Origin: a bacterium
GTDB lineage: Bacteria > UBA8248
Direction of reading: 5' to 3'
Length of the DNA stretch: 64,000 bases
Assembly: GCA_965261085.1 (NCBI GenBank)
Contig: OZ253442.1
Span: 416,001 to 480,000, forward strand
The notes below the pieces were generated by a model, which saw only the letters and a program-made list of their open reading frames with translations, searched no databases and was not told where the DNA came from. Positions 16,789 through 26,506 of the stretch are shown in pieces. The position numbers were made by a program, and so were the translations under genes. Every line of letters begins with the position of its first letter. The first letter of the stretch is position 1.

Positions 16789-18201
16789 TTGACAAGCGAC
16801 ACCACGAACCTCACCGCCGCGGAAATCGCCACACAAATTAAAGAAAAGAGAATCAGCGCCGTCCAGGTCGCCGAGACGCATCTAAAACGTTCGGAGAAAA
16901 TCGGCGCGGCTTTGAATTCCTGGATTAAGCTGGATTCAGAGGGCGCTCTGAAGGCGGCGCAGGAAGTGGACGCCGCCATCGCCCGAGGCGACGACCCAGG
17001 GCCCATGGCCGGTGTGCCGATAGGCCTGAAAGATTTGATCGACATGAAAGGCCTGCCCACCACGGCGGGCAGCATCATCGATAAAGAGACCGTTGCGGAG
17101 GCAGATGCCCTGCTAGCCCGGAAGATACGCCAGGCGGGCGGCGTGATACTCGGAAAACTCAACCTGCATGAATACGCCTTTGGCCCCACCGGGCACAATC
17201 CTCATTACGGGGATCAAAAAAACCCTTGGGATACCGAGCGGATCACGGGCGGTTCGAGCGGTGGCTCGGGCAACAGCGTAGCAACGGGGCAGGTTTCCAT
17301 GGCCATCGGTTCTGATACGGGTGGGTCTATTCGGATTCCTGCATCTTTATGCGGCGTCATCGGACACAAACCCACGCATGGACTCGTCACGAAATCAGAC
17401 TGCGCGCCGTTGTCGTGGTCGCTCGATTCTTTCGGGCCATTGGCAAGATCAGCCCAGGACTGCGCGCTCATGATGTCCGCCATCGCGGGACACGACCCGG
17501 CCGATGCCTCATCCATCGCCGGAGAACCGCTTGACTTCATGGGCGCACTAAGTAAACCCATCGAAGAATTCCGAATCGGCCACGCGCGGGAATACTATGA
17601 ACAACGCTCGGAACCTCCCGTGGCGGAAGCGGTGAACAATCTGGCCAAGGCGCTTAAGGAATTGGGCGCCGAGGTTGTCGATATTGAAATACCCGACGTC
17701 GAAACCGCGTTTCATGCGTCCGCCGTGCTGATGGTATCCGAAGCAGCGGCCGTACATGAGAAAAACATACGAGAAAAGGCGCAAGACTTTGATCCCGCAG
17801 TCCTGGAAAGAATCAGACCCGGCTTTTTCATTCCCGCCACATCATATATCCAGGCGCTTCGATTCAGGGAACAATGGACGAAACGCATATGCAAGGATGT
17901 ATACGGTCGGGTAGACCTCGTCCTCTCCGCCGCCACGCCGATTCCCGCCGCTTTGCGTTCTCAGTCTACCGGGACAGTGCGAGGCAAAGAAGTTGAAATT
18001 CGAACGCTCATGATCTCTTTGACGAGGCTTTGGAATTTCCTTGGCGGGCCATCTACGGCTTTTCCCGTAGGGATGAGCGAAGAGGGTCTGCCGCTTGGAG
18101 CGCAAATCATGGGCGCGCCTTTTGCTGACCACCATACGCTGGCGCTTGTTCATCAACTGGAAAAAAGAGGTGTCGTGAAGGTGGAAAGGCCGCCTCTGTA
18201 G
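16789..18201 (+). CDS. Amidase signature family protein (GatA/AtzE-like)
   Basis: GVPIGLKD, GGSSGGS, GSDTGGSIRIPA (Ser-cisSer-Lys triad). TTG start at 16789 follows GAGGGA. Confidence 0.92.
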   Translation: MTSDTTNLTAAEIATQIKEKRISAVQVAETHLKRSEKIGAALNSWIKLDSEGALKAAQEVDAAIARGDDPGPMAGVPIGLKDLIDMKGLPTTAGSIIDKETVAEADALLARKIRQAGGVILGKLNLHEYAFGPTGHNPHYGDQKNPWDTERITGGSSGGSGNSVATGQVSMAIGSDTGGSIRIPASLCGVIGHKPTHGLVTKSDCAPLSWSLDSFGPLARSAQDCALMMSAIAGHDPADASSIAGEPLDFMGALSKPIEEFRIGHAREYYEQRSEPPVAEAVNNLAKALKELGAEVVDIEIPDVETAFHASAVLMVSEAAAVHEKNIREKAQDFDPAVLERIRPGFFIPATSYIQALRFREQWTKRICKDVYGRVDLVLSAATPIPAALRSQSTGTVRGKEVEIRTLMISLTRLWNFLGGPSTAFPVGMSEEGLPLGAQIMGAPFADHHTLALVHQLEKRGVVKVERPPL

Positions 18202-18216
18202 CGCAGAGGCGCCGAG

Positions 18217-19473
18217 CTACTCCGACCTGGCCCCATCCGGACCCATCGGGAATTTCTCGCAAAACGTTCTGACGTCTGCTCTCACCGAGGCGATGCGCGC
18301 TTCATCCGTAATATCGGCCAGCACGTCGGCTATCCAGCCGCCCACGACTTTCATCTCGGCCTCTTTCATGTGGCGCGACGTCAACGCGGGCGTCCCGATT
18401 CGGATTCCGCTCGTGAACGCCGGCTTTCTGGTGTCGTAAGGAATTGGGTTTTTATTCACCGCGATTCCCGCCTGGCATAGGGCGACTTCCGCCTTTTTGC
18501 CGCTGAAACCGGCCTCACGCAGATCCAGAAGAATCAAATGGTTATCCGTGCCGCCCGAGACGAGATGGATACCTCGCTGCAAGAGTGAGTCCGCGAGTGT
18601 TTTTGCGTTTTTCACAATCTGCTCCGCATAGGTTCTGAACTCCGGGGTGCTTGCCTCTTTGAAAGCCACCGCCTTGGCCGCGATGACGTGCATCAAGGGT
18701 CCGCCTTGAAGGCCGGGGAAAACGGCCTTGTTTATCTCGGCCGCGTAGTCCTCATCACATAGGATCATGCCACCGCGAGGACCCCTGAGCGTCTTGTGCG
18801 TCGTTGTGGTGACGATCTGCGCATGGCCCGCGGGGCTTGGGTGCGCGCCGCCCGCGATGAGTCCCGCGACATGAGCGATGTCCGCCATGACCACGGCGCC
18901 CACCTCATCTGCAATCCCTCTGAAGCGCGCATAATCGATGGCTCGCGGATACGCACTCGCCCCCACGACGATAATTTTGGGCCGGTGCTCCTTTGCCTGA
19001 CTCTCTACCTCGTCATAATCGATGATGTGGTTCTCAGGGTCCACGCCATAAGCCACCACCTTGAACCAACGGCCCGAGAAGGTGACAGGATGCCCATGGG
19101 TGAGATGGCCCCCATGAGAGAGATTCATTCCCATAAGCGTATCGCCCGGTTCGAGCAAACCGTAATACACCGCAGCGTTCGCCTGGGCGCCGCTGTGCGG
19201 CTGCACGGAGGCGTGATCCATGCCGAAAAGAGATTTCGCCCGCTCAATGGCGAGGGATTCGGCCACATCCACAAACTGGCAACCGCCATAATAGCGCCTT
19301 CCCGGAAATCCTTCCGCATATTTGTTCGTCATCACGCCGCCCACCGCTTCCATTACCGCCTTGCTCACGTAGTTCTCCGAAGCGATGAGTTCGAGTTCAT
19401 CCGCCTGGCGTTTTCTTTCATCTTCCATCGCGGCGAAAATATCGGGATCTCTCAGCGCTAGTACCGATGACAT
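18217..19473 (-). CDS. glyA: Serine hydroxymethyltransferase
   Basis: [41 protein letters not shown]. Confidence 0.98.
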   Translation of the reverse strand: MSSVLALRDPDIFAAMEDERKRQADELELIASENYVSKAVMEAVGGVMTNKYAEGFPGRRYYGGCQFVDVAESLAIERAKSLFGMDHASVQPHSGAQANAAVYYGLLEPGDTLMGMNLSHGGHLTHGHPVTFSGRWFKVVAYGVDPENHIIDYDEVESQAKEHRPKIIVVGASAYPRAIDYARFRGIADEVGAVVMADIAHVAGLIAGGAHPSPAGHAQIVTTTTHKTLRGPRGGMILCDEDYAAEINKAVFPGLQGGPLMHVIAAKAVAFKEASTPEFRTYAEQIVKNAKTLADSLLQRGIHLVSGGTDNHLILLDLREAGFSGKKAEVALCQAGIAVNKNPIPYDTRKPAFTSGIRIGTPALTSRHMKEAEMKVVGGWIADVLADITDEARIASVRADVRTFCEKFPMGPDGARSE

Positions 19474-19643
19474 CGAGTGGGGCCTCCAGACTTTATTCAG
19501 GCGTGGGGTATGGTACGGAACTTCTCGGGCGGGTCGAAGCTAACAAACCGACTCCGTGACGTCAATCCCGAAAGCCAAATGCGCCATCATGACGCAAGGG
19601 TTATAATGACATTCCAAAACTTCCACCTGAAAAGGATTTCATC

Positions 19644-20108
19644 ATGCTCAATGAACCCGATGATTTGCTCGACATCACCTCAGACGGGGTTCCCAAAACA
19701 TCGCTTCCGCCCGAGCCGGAAGAACTCGGCGCGTTGAATTCGCTGTGCGATGCAATTTTATCGAGCGAGGAAAACCGTGGGCCATCCACGGAGAAACTGC
19801 AAAGCCTCGTGGCTCGATACCCGGACGCCTTATCCGGCTGGGTGGCCATGGGGCGAATTGCGCTCTCAAACGAGGAGACGATTAGCGCATATGCCTACTT
19901 TCGGGTCGCCTACCACAGAGGGCTTGATAAGGCCCGCGCCTCCGGCTGGCGCGGCGATGGGCGCATCCCCTGGGAAATCCCCGCCAATCAGCCGTTTTTG
20001 AGCGCCATTCATGGCTTGGCTCAATGCGCCGACGCCATCGGAGAATCCGCCGAGGCGAAACGCTGCAATGAATTTTTAGGTATGCTCGACCCGAATCACC
20101 CGTTCTAA
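19644..20108 (+). CDS. DUF3151 family protein
   Basis: AYAYFRVAYHRGLD..RASGWRG.G.IPWE.PANQPFL, IGESAEAKRC..FL. Confidence 0.75.
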   Translation: MLNEPDDLLDITSDGVPKTSLPPEPEELGALNSLCDAILSSEENRGPSTEKLQSLVARYPDALSGWVAMGRIALSNEETISAYAYFRVAYHRGLDKARASGWRGDGRIPWEIPANQPFLSAIHGLAQCADAIGESAEAKRCNEFLGMLDPNHPF

Positions 20109-20224
20109 TACGGCGTTTTCTTCACACGATGTGCGGAAACCGAGAAGAATGTCTGCCGAAGCATCTGATCACGACGCCGAAACCAAGGAACAAAAAACGT
20201 TCATCCTCTCGATGAGCTTTCCGC

Positions 20225-20551
20225 TCACCCGCCCATGTATTGCCCCATCAGGAGGACGAGGTCGCCCTCTTTCATCTCGGAATCGAGCGTGTGGCGGATT
20301 CCCATGAGGGCGTCGTTTACGGCAATTTCCAGGTGTTCGGCCAATTCGCCGGTGCCGTTGTGCCAAAGCGCTTCATCCAGGGTCCTGTAGCGTCGGCTCA
20401 TCTTTTTCAGGACGTCCCGGAGCGTGGCGCCCACTGGAACCTGCTCATCGAAAAATTTGCGCTCGTTACCGTCTCCGCCCACGAAAGTCGACGCCCAGGA
20501 GATGAATTCCAACCGGACATGAATTTCGCCATTGCTTTTCGTCTCGTTCAT
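20225..20551 (-). CDS. MoaD/ThiS family sulfur carrier
   Basis: Beta-grasp pattern IAVND...EGD.V, C-terminal GG; last gene of the AOR operon. Confidence 0.85.
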   Translation of the reverse strand: MNETKSNGEIHVRLEFISWASTFVGGDGNERKFFDEQVPVGATLRDVLKKMSRRYRTLDEALWHNGTGELAEHLEIAVNDALMGIRHTLDSEMKEGDLVLLMGQYMGG

Positions 20552-20576
20552 GGCGTCGTCCTCTGCCGAAGATGAG

Positions 20577-22448
20577 CTATACGTTCGCACCCCATAGGGC
20601 TTCGGCGACATCATCGAGGTCAAGTTCGCGCAAAAGTTCGATCTTGGGACGGCCCGTCTCCCTGTCGTAGCCGGCCGTCTCGTACCATATATCGAGCATT
20701 TTCTCCCATTGATCCATTATCGAGACGCCCGCGATCGGGCCATCCACCGGTGTGGAGCCGTATCGCTTGGATGGTTTTTCAACCTCCGGGCCGATGCCGC
20801 AGCGCAAATTAAACGCGCGCATCAAGGCGTTGATGCGTCGGCCGGTCTGCATCGCTTCATGCATGTCCACGTCCCATCCGGTGGCTGCCTGAATGGAGCG
20901 GCACAAGACATCCATCGGCGCGCGCGTAGTGAACACGCATGCCCCCAGGGAATCCTCATACGCGCGACGTCCCCTGAGACCGCCCACATGCCTGGGCACC
21001 TCCACCGCGTCCTGGGGGTGCACACGCGCGGGCAGTCCGTAATCCGTCGGGAACACCGGGGGAGCCGTATCCATCGTTCCGCCCGAACCCGTGCAGGTAT
21101 CTATCATCTCCTCCCACCGGGAGCGGTGATCGTGCCCTCTGGGGGAATTGCCTACTTCCGTGTAAATGGCGCAATCCTGTGCCTCTCCACCGAGTTTTTC
21201 CGCCGCGATCTTGGTTCCCTCCGCCAAAAGATCGCCCATGCCCTCACGCTTGCAAATCATCTCGAGCAATCTGTTGGCTCCGCCGATATCACCCCACTCC
21301 AGCCGGAAGCCCAGGTCATGATCCGTGATATAACCCTTTTGCTGACACTCCATCACCCAGCCGCAGAGCCAGCCGAACTCGTTTACGTCCACACAAGCGC
21401 GATCGAGCTGGGTGTTCATCCAGGAGACCTGCTGCGGGTCCGTGGCGCCAATTGTCCAGCCCGCTCCCGACCAGCCCTCGTACTCGGGCTCATCCACGAC
21501 CTGTCCCTTGTAAGGACCTGAGGAGATGACCTGCATATGGCAATGGTGCATGCCGCACGCGCTGCACTGATGGCCCCGGTGATCGAAACCCTCGCGCAGG
21601 CCGTTGGCCTCCCATTGCTTCGTTTCGACTTCCTCGGGCCATACGTTCGTCGTGTAGTTTCGAATGGGGAGCGCTCCCATGCCCTGCAGGTTCCGGACGC
21701 CGCCCAGGGTCCCGTACAGATACAGACCCTTCGTGGAAGGATCGGTCTGAAGGCTGTGGGCGATATCGTCCGCCGCCGCGAAGAGCGCTCTGGGGTGGGC
21801 AGCGGCGATTCCCTTTGTCCCGCGCTCGATTGCCACCGCCTTTACCTTTTTATTGCCCATAACGGCCCCGCAACCGTTCTTGCTCGCCACGTGACCGTAG
21901 TCTCCCTGGATGGCGGCGAAGCGCACGAGGTTCTCGCCCGCGGGTCCTATGCTATACACACTCAGATTGTGGCCACTCAGGTTCAAAGTTTTCTCAAGCG
22001 ATTGCTGGGTCTCCCAGGTGTCCTTGCCCAGCAACTCGCCGGCATCCTGCAGTTCCACCCCATCATCACGAATGTGGAGATAGACCCAATCGGGCGATTC
22101 TCCCTGGAATACAATGGCGTCATAGCCGCAATACTTGAGGTTCGCGCCGAAAAAACCGTTCGCCTGGGTGTTCGTGGCGCCGTTGGTGAGCGCGCCACGC
22201 GTCACCACGGTAAGACCGCCCGTACCCCATACCGGGAGGCCCGCCAAAGGACCCGTGGCCAGAACGAGACGGTTTTCGGGATGATCCCAACCTACCTCGG
22301 GCGGCACTTCCTCCCACAAAATCTTGGCGCCCAAGCCCGCGCCGCCTACCCATTTCCTGCGGTCGGCGACTTCGAATTTCTCTCCCCAGGTCTTTCCACT
22401 CGAGAGATCGACCCGGAGGATTTCTCCTGCATATGCGTAATCAGTCAA
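20577..22448 (-). CDS. Tungsten-dependent aldehyde:ferredoxin oxidoreductase family catalytic subunit
   Basis: ILRVDLS, LKYCGYD, IGPAGEN, GAVMGNK, CSACGMHHC, EPEYE, RGHDHR, DSLGAC. TTG start at 22448 inferred. Confidence 0.92.
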   Translation of the reverse strand: MTDYAYAGEILRVDLSSGKTWGEKFEVADRRKWVGGAGLGAKILWEEVPPEVGWDHPENRLVLATGPLAGLPVWGTGGLTVVTRGALTNGATNTQANGFFGANLKYCGYDAIVFQGESPDWVYLHIRDDGVELQDAGELLGKDTWETQQSLEKTLNLSGHNLSVYSIGPAGENLVRFAAIQGDYGHVASKNGCGAVMGNKKVKAVAIERGTKGIAAAHPRALFAAADDIAHSLQTDPSTKGLYLYGTLGGVRNLQGMGALPIRNYTTNVWPEEVETKQWEANGLREGFDHRGHQCSACGMHHCHMQVISSGPYKGQVVDEPEYEGWSGAGWTIGATDPQQVSWMNTQLDRACVDVNEFGWLCGWVMECQQKGYITDHDLGFRLEWGDIGGANRLLEMICKREGMGDLLAEGTKIAAEKLGGEAQDCAIYTEVGNSPRGHDHRSRWEEMIDTCTGSGGTMDTAPPVFPTDYGLPARVHPQDAVEVPRHVGGLRGRRAYEDSLGACVFTTRAPMDVLCRSIQAATGWDVDMHEAMQTGRRINALMRAFNLRCGIGPEVEKPSKRYGSTPVDGPIAGVSIMDQWEKMLDIWYETAGYDRETGRPKIELLRELDLDDVAEALWGANV

Positions 22449-22464
22449 GGTATCGACCCCCTTT

Positions 22465-23787
22465 TTATGAAGAGACTGCAATTTCACTCGCCGGCGCCGA
22501 TGGACGCCCCAAAATAGTTTCCGGCAGCAAGCCGCCCGCGGCGCCCGAGGCCAGAAACGCGCGTTTGACGTCAAACGGGTTTTTGCGCAAATGCTCTTTC
22601 CACTCGGAGATGTCCACCCCCGTGTACACGAGACCCTTGAGCATCCCCACGTCGTTCGTCGTCCAGATTTCCCGGGTTTTTCCCAGAATAATCGCGCCGG
22701 TCAGCCGACCGCCGTGGAACAGGAGTTTTCTGTAAGCGGGACGCTCGGCCCGCACAACTTCAAAGACTTCGGCGTCCGCATCATCCCAGGCGCCAAAGCT
22801 GGCGATCTCCAAATCGAGGACATCCACGATGTTCATGAGCAGACTACCCTTGTATGCAACCTCCTGGCCCGCCATGTTGGCCGCCGCGACGCGGCCGTGC
22901 TGCATGGCGGTGGGTTCGATGGCGTGTACGACCTTCTCACCCGTGACGGCGTCGGGACCTTCCGCGATATCACCCGCCGCGTAGATGTTCGCTACGTTCG
23001 TGCGGCAATGTTCATCCACCAAAATGCCCTGGTTGGTCTCGAGGCCGCTGCCCGCCACCCATTCGATGTTGGGCTTGATGCCCGTGGCCATGATGACCAG
23101 ATCGACCTCCAGATCGGGGCCTTCCTTGAACTTGAGGAGTTTGGCGTCTTCCTTATCCTCAATAGAGGTCACTTGCGTCGAGGTTCTCACTTCCACGCCT
23201 CGATCGTTCAGCCAATTTTGAACGATTCGGGCGCCCGTATCGTCTATCATGCGCGGCAGGATGCGCGATTCGAGTTCCACGACGGTGAGCTTCACGCCCT
23301 GATTCACCAGGGCGTTCAGAATCGTGAAGGCGATGAATCCCGCTCCGATCATCGCGACGCGGGCGCCCTCGCCAACGCCGGACGCCACGGCGCGCGCCTG
23401 GGGAAACGTCCAGAAACTGTGCACGTTTTCTCCATCCGCACCCGGCACGGGCGCTTTCACAGGAGAGGAACCCGTGGCGATCAAGAGATTGTCGTATTCA
23501 ATCTCATCGCCTCCCTCGAGGATGAGCTTGTTGGGGGATGCGTCGATTCTCTCGGCGCGGGCGCCAAGCCTCGCATCCACATTCAAAGCAGCGAGCTTCG
23601 GAGGGGAGGCGATGTAGACGTGCGACTCCGCGATGTCCCGCGCCAGATAATAGGGCAACACCATCCGCGAATACGGCGTCTCATCCGCGACGAGAATAAT
23701 CTCGGAATCGCCTTTATCCAATTCCCTGATAGTGGTGATGGCGTTCCAGCCGGCGGTTCCACCCCCCACGATGACATGTCTGGCCAT
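22465..23787 (-). CDS. FAD/NAD(P)-dependent oxidoreductase (AorC-like)
   Basis: HVIVGGGTAG, LLIATGS, IGAGFI, IYAAGD, AAANMAG. Confidence 0.9.
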   Translation of the reverse strand: MARHVIVGGGTAGWNAITTIRELDKGDSEIILVADETPYSRMVLPYYLARDIAESHVYIASPPKLAALNVDARLGARAERIDASPNKLILEGGDEIEYDNLLIATGSSPVKAPVPGADGENVHSFWTFPQARAVASGVGEGARVAMIGAGFIAFTILNALVNQGVKLTVVELESRILPRMIDDTGARIVQNWLNDRGVEVRTSTQVTSIEDKEDAKLLKFKEGPDLEVDLVIMATGIKPNIEWVAGSGLETNQGILVDEHCRTNVANIYAAGDIAEGPDAVTGEKVVHAIEPTAMQHGRVAAANMAGQEVAYKGSLLMNIVDVLDLEIASFGAWDDADAEVFEVVRAERPAYRKLLFHGGRLTGAIILGKTREIWTTNDVGMLKGLVYTGVDISEWKEHLRKNPFDVKRAFLASGAAGGLLPETILGRPSAPASEIAVSS

Positions 23788-23789
23788 GA

Positions 23790-24269
23790 TCAGAACACCT
23801 CCGCAAGCGGCCCGGCAGGTGATTTCGCCCGTTCCGCGGCAAAGGGCCCGACCCAGTCGGTCTTATCGGCCTCTTGATAAAGGATGGCGCCGGTGGGGCA
23901 CACGGACACGCACGCGGGATTCCCCCCGCACAAGTCGCACTTGAACGCCTTGTGGGTGTCCATGTCGTAGAACATCGTTCCATAAGGACACGCGATGGTG
24001 CAGAGCTTACAGCCCACACAAATGTCATCCGCCACATCCTTCGCCCCGGCCGGCGAGATGCCGATCGCCTCGACCGGACACGCCGTCAGGCACCAGGCCT
24101 CATCGCACTGCGGACATGTGTAGGGCGCATAGCTCGTATGGCCTTCGAACGAGGAGACGCGAATCACCGCTTTCGAGGGCTGAAATGTTCCCGTCTGCTC
24201 GTATGAACACGCGAGTTCACATCGCATGCAGCCGGTGCACTTCTCGGGAATGATCTTGAGTATTTTCAT
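23790..24269 (-). CDS. 4x[4Fe-4S] ferredoxin subunit (AorA-like)
   Basis: CTGCMRCELAC, CPQCDEAWCLTACP, CVGCKLCTIACP, CDLCGGNPACVSVCP. Confidence 0.93.
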   Translation of the reverse strand: MKILKIIPEKCTGCMRCELACSYEQTGTFQPSKAVIRVSSFEGHTSYAPYTCPQCDEAWCLTACPVEAIGISPAGAKDVADDICVGCKLCTIACPYGTMFYDMDTHKAFKCDLCGGNPACVSVCPTGAILYQEADKTDWVGPFAAERAKSPAGPLAEVF

Positions 24270-24295
24270 CGCACCCCCCACGATTTTTTGAAGGG

Positions 24296-24368
24296 GCTTT
24301 CCGCATCACATCTCACAGATACCGATGCGGAAAGCACATTGTTGGAAGAATGAAGACTTGTTCATTCT
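24296..24368. other. Two inverted repeats upstream of the AOR operon
   Basis: GCTTTCCGCATC (24296-24307) / GATGCGGAAAGC (24324-24335) and AGAATGAA (24347-24354) / TTCATTCT (24361-24368). Confidence 0.7.
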
Positions 24369-24429
24369 CGCAGAGACGGACGACCCGGGTCAAACGAAAA
24401 TCCCGGATTTTAGGCGCGCGCACGGAGCA

Positions 24430-25311
24430 TCAACCACCCGACGTCACCAAAGCGGCCCCCGCCACGACGATGAGAGCGGCCACTACCAAACGCTTTGTGA
24501 TGACTTCCAGATCGCGCAGCAACACCACAGACAGCAAAATAACGAAAATCGGGGTCATGCGAACAAGCGGGGAAATCACCGCGAGTTGCCCATCGCGCAG
24601 CGAGGTCCAGAACAACACGGCGGACAAGAGCGCCAACAAGCCCGCCGGGACGCACGCCACCGCGATCTGCACGTTCCAATTAAATTTCTGGGCGCTCGAG
24701 GCGAAGCGTGAGGAAATTAACAAACCCACGTTGGCGATCAGCGTGGCCACCAGAATACCCAGCCAGGGAGCATTCATGGCGGCCAGCCCGGCTTTTCGAA
24801 GATAGGGCGTGAAGCTGAAAGCCGCCATCGCGATGAAAGCGAACGTATAACGCTTCAGCGAATACCCTCCCGTTCCCCGCTCACCGGTGAGCCAGATCAT
24901 CCCGATGACGATGAGTGCGATTCCCACCCAGACGCCCGCGCCAGGGCGCTCGCCCAGAATCACCACGCCCATCACCGCCGCCCCGATGGGCGTCGCCGCC
25001 ACGAGCGCGTTCGTCCTGCTCACCCCGATGTCCGCGCTCGAGCGAAGAGCGCTATAGCGCGCCACGAGATTTCCCACTGCGCCGGTGAAGAGAAAAAAGA
25101 CGAGAGCGGCCACCCAATCACCCTCATAGACATCAAATAATGGAGAGAAGACGGCGGCGAAAACCGCCATCCACCCATTCACCCAAAAGGTAATCGTGAG
25201 CGCCGAGGCGCGCTCGAGAAATCTGCGGATGAGAATTTGATTGTACGCGAACAGAAAAGCGCCCAACAGTGCACGAAATTCCGGCGGCGCATCCACGACA
25301 AGATTCACCAT
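24430..25311 (-). CDS. DMT/EamA family transporter
   Basis: About ten hydrophobic helices in two repeats, ILGERPG. Start uncertain. Confidence 0.85.
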   Translation of the reverse strand: MVNLVVDAPPEFRALLGAFLFAYNQILIRRFLERASALTITFWVNGWMAVFAAVFSPLFDVYEGDWVAALVFFLFTGAVGNLVARYSALRSSADIGVSRTNALVAATPIGAAVMGVVILGERPGAGVWVGIALIVIGMIWLTGERGTGGYSLKRYTFAFIAMAAFSFTPYLRKAGLAAMNAPWLGILVATLIANVGLLISSRFASSAQKFNWNVQIAVACVPAGLLALLSAVLFWTSLRDGQLAVISPLVRMTPIFVILLSVVLLRDLEVITKRLVVAALIVVAGAALVTSGG

Positions 25312-25480
25312 GTCAACGACCCCCAGAAATCCGAAAAGCATCCGCAGAGAGAAGGCACTAATCAGGCTGCTGAATCGAATCAACCATCAAAACAAATAAA
25401 GCGACCGACTCGGGCGATAGCATCCATCGCCTCGTCGCCTAAAGTAAAATGGCGAACCCTCGCGCAGGGCGTAAGAGGAC

Positions 25481-26365
25481 CTACCTGCCCAGTATGACCA
25501 GCACAGCGCCCTCCACGGCGAGCAGCCCCCCGGCGATCACGCGCAAATTGATGCGTTCCAGCCTTTGATAAAAAATCCAGGAAAATATTATCAAGAATAA
25601 AATGGAGAGCCTGTTTATCGGGATCACCTCCACGAGTTTTCCGTTTTTGATGGCGAGCCAAAAGGCGTAGGCCGATATGATGTTGAAAATTCCTGCGATA
25701 AGAATCGACAATAAGCCCTTTTTGCTCCAGGTTTTGGGGTTGAGCTCATGATTTTCAACAAACGGTATGGAGCCGAGTTGGAGAAGCGCGCCCGCGAACG
25801 CCGTGGTGGCGATGCCGAAGGCGGGCGAAGGAATCGTCTGAAACGCGAACTTGCGCAAAGACGGAGCGAAGGAAAAGAAAAAAGCCCCTATAAGCGGTAG
25901 GAGATAGTGCCAAAACGGAGCGCGCCTGCCTCCCGCCCCCCTCTCCTGCACCAGGAGTACCGCGCCCAATACAATGGCGAAAGTACCCAGAGCAATCGGG
26001 AATGTTATCGTCTCGCCGAACAGGAGCATGGCCAGAAGGGCGCTCCATATGGGATGGACTTGCGCCAGAATCTGTGAACGCGCCATCCCGATGAGCGTGG
26101 CCGAGATGAAGTTAATGTTTCTCGCTAAGAAATGAGAGCAAAGCCCCGCCAGCACAAACCATAAAATCCCCTCCAAGGGCCATTTTTCGAGACCCGCGCC
26201 CAGTATGTAAATGGTCGAGGCGTAGGTTACCAGTGTCAGATTGCTCAAAAAGGCGAGCGCCTTTGGTCCTACCCACTGCAGGGTGCCCCGATAGATCGTT
26301 TGCGCCGCAGCCAAAAAGACTCCGGATAACAACGACAAAAAAACCGGAGGGAGTGATTCGAGCAA
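25481..26365 (-). CDS. DMT/EamA family transporter
   Basis: About ten TM helices, LLFGETIT, LERINLR. Start uncertain. Confidence 0.85.
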   Translation of the reverse strand: MLESLPPVFLSLLSGVFLAAAQTIYRGTLQWVGPKALAFLSNLTLVTYASTIYILGAGLEKWPLEGILWFVLAGLCSHFLARNINFISATLIGMARSQILAQVHPIWSALLAMLLFGETITFPIALGTFAIVLGAVLLVQERGAGGRRAPFWHYLLPLIGAFFFSFAPSLRKFAFQTIPSPAFGIATTAFAGALLQLGSIPFVENHELNPKTWSKKGLLSILIAGIFNIISAYAFWLAIKNGKLVEVIPINRLSILFLIIFSWIFYQRLERINLRVIAGGLLAVEGAVLVILGR

Positions 26366-26506
26366 AGGCCATCCAAGAGATAAAGGGATGTAATAAATCG
26401 ATAGGTGCGCATTATGGCACGAGAAAGCTCCACCTAAAATCGGTGCGCTCAAGCAAAACTGGATGTCGCATGATATATTTTGAACTCCTGATTCCATTCG
26501 AGGATA

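Noticed and set aside
19474-19643. Possible ZMP/ZTP or glycine riboswitch upstream of glyA
   Set aside because: Consensus elements were not found; only promoter-like hexamers are visible.
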